64,000 nucleotides of DNA, from the NCBI GenBank assembly GCA_002269645.1, contig NIVC01002219.1:62001-126000 (forward strand), read 5' to 3'. Position numbers and translations under genes: made by a program. The stretch is from Macrostomum lignano. Taxonomy: Eukaryota. The notes under the pieces are model-generated. The model saw only the letters and a list, made by a program, of their open reading frames with translations. It was not told the DNA's origin and made no database searches. Of the stretch, positions 63,959-64,000 are shown piece after piece. Position 1 is the first letter of the stretch. Each line of letters starts with the position of its first letter.

Positions 63959-64000
63959 CCTAGGCCCTCGTTCAATTACTTCGGCAATTTAGGCACTGCA

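Overview
Eukaryotic (animal) genomic DNA. GC-rich exons, AT-rich introns full of minisatellites and ESCKA-type nuclear receptors suggest an invertebrate, possibly a flatworm such as Macrostomum; this is a guess from composition only. (1) 1-43 kb is a mosaic tandem cluster of two secreted-protein families. One is signal peptide + PAN/apple + ALK/LTK-like glycine-rich domain: two intact copies, one disrupted and one orphan exon. The other is signal peptide + PAN + Ser/Thr linker + chitin-binding type-2-like domain: three intact copies and several broken ones. (2) A young, full-length 10.6-kb Ty3/Gypsy LTR retrotransposon (6452-17054, 4-bp TSD) sits in the last exon of one Gly-rich gene. Its layout is unusual: Gag is fused in frame to a signal peptide and a gB-like (class III) Env placed BEFORE pol, a YPxI/PTAP/PPxY late-domain cluster lies at the env-pol junction, and a separate small ORF before the 3' LTR encodes a predicted N-myristoylated tandem-RING protein. 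This is the best candidate for an undescribed system. (3) An HR96/NR1J-type nuclear receptor gene on the minus strand (46.5-52.7 kb) has a different minisatellite in each intron. (4) There are also a Tc1/mariner-type MITE, an IS630/Tc1 remnant and a decayed hAT element in a strongly CpG-depleted domain at 57.7-64 kb. All domain calls come from motif reading by eye, not database searches.
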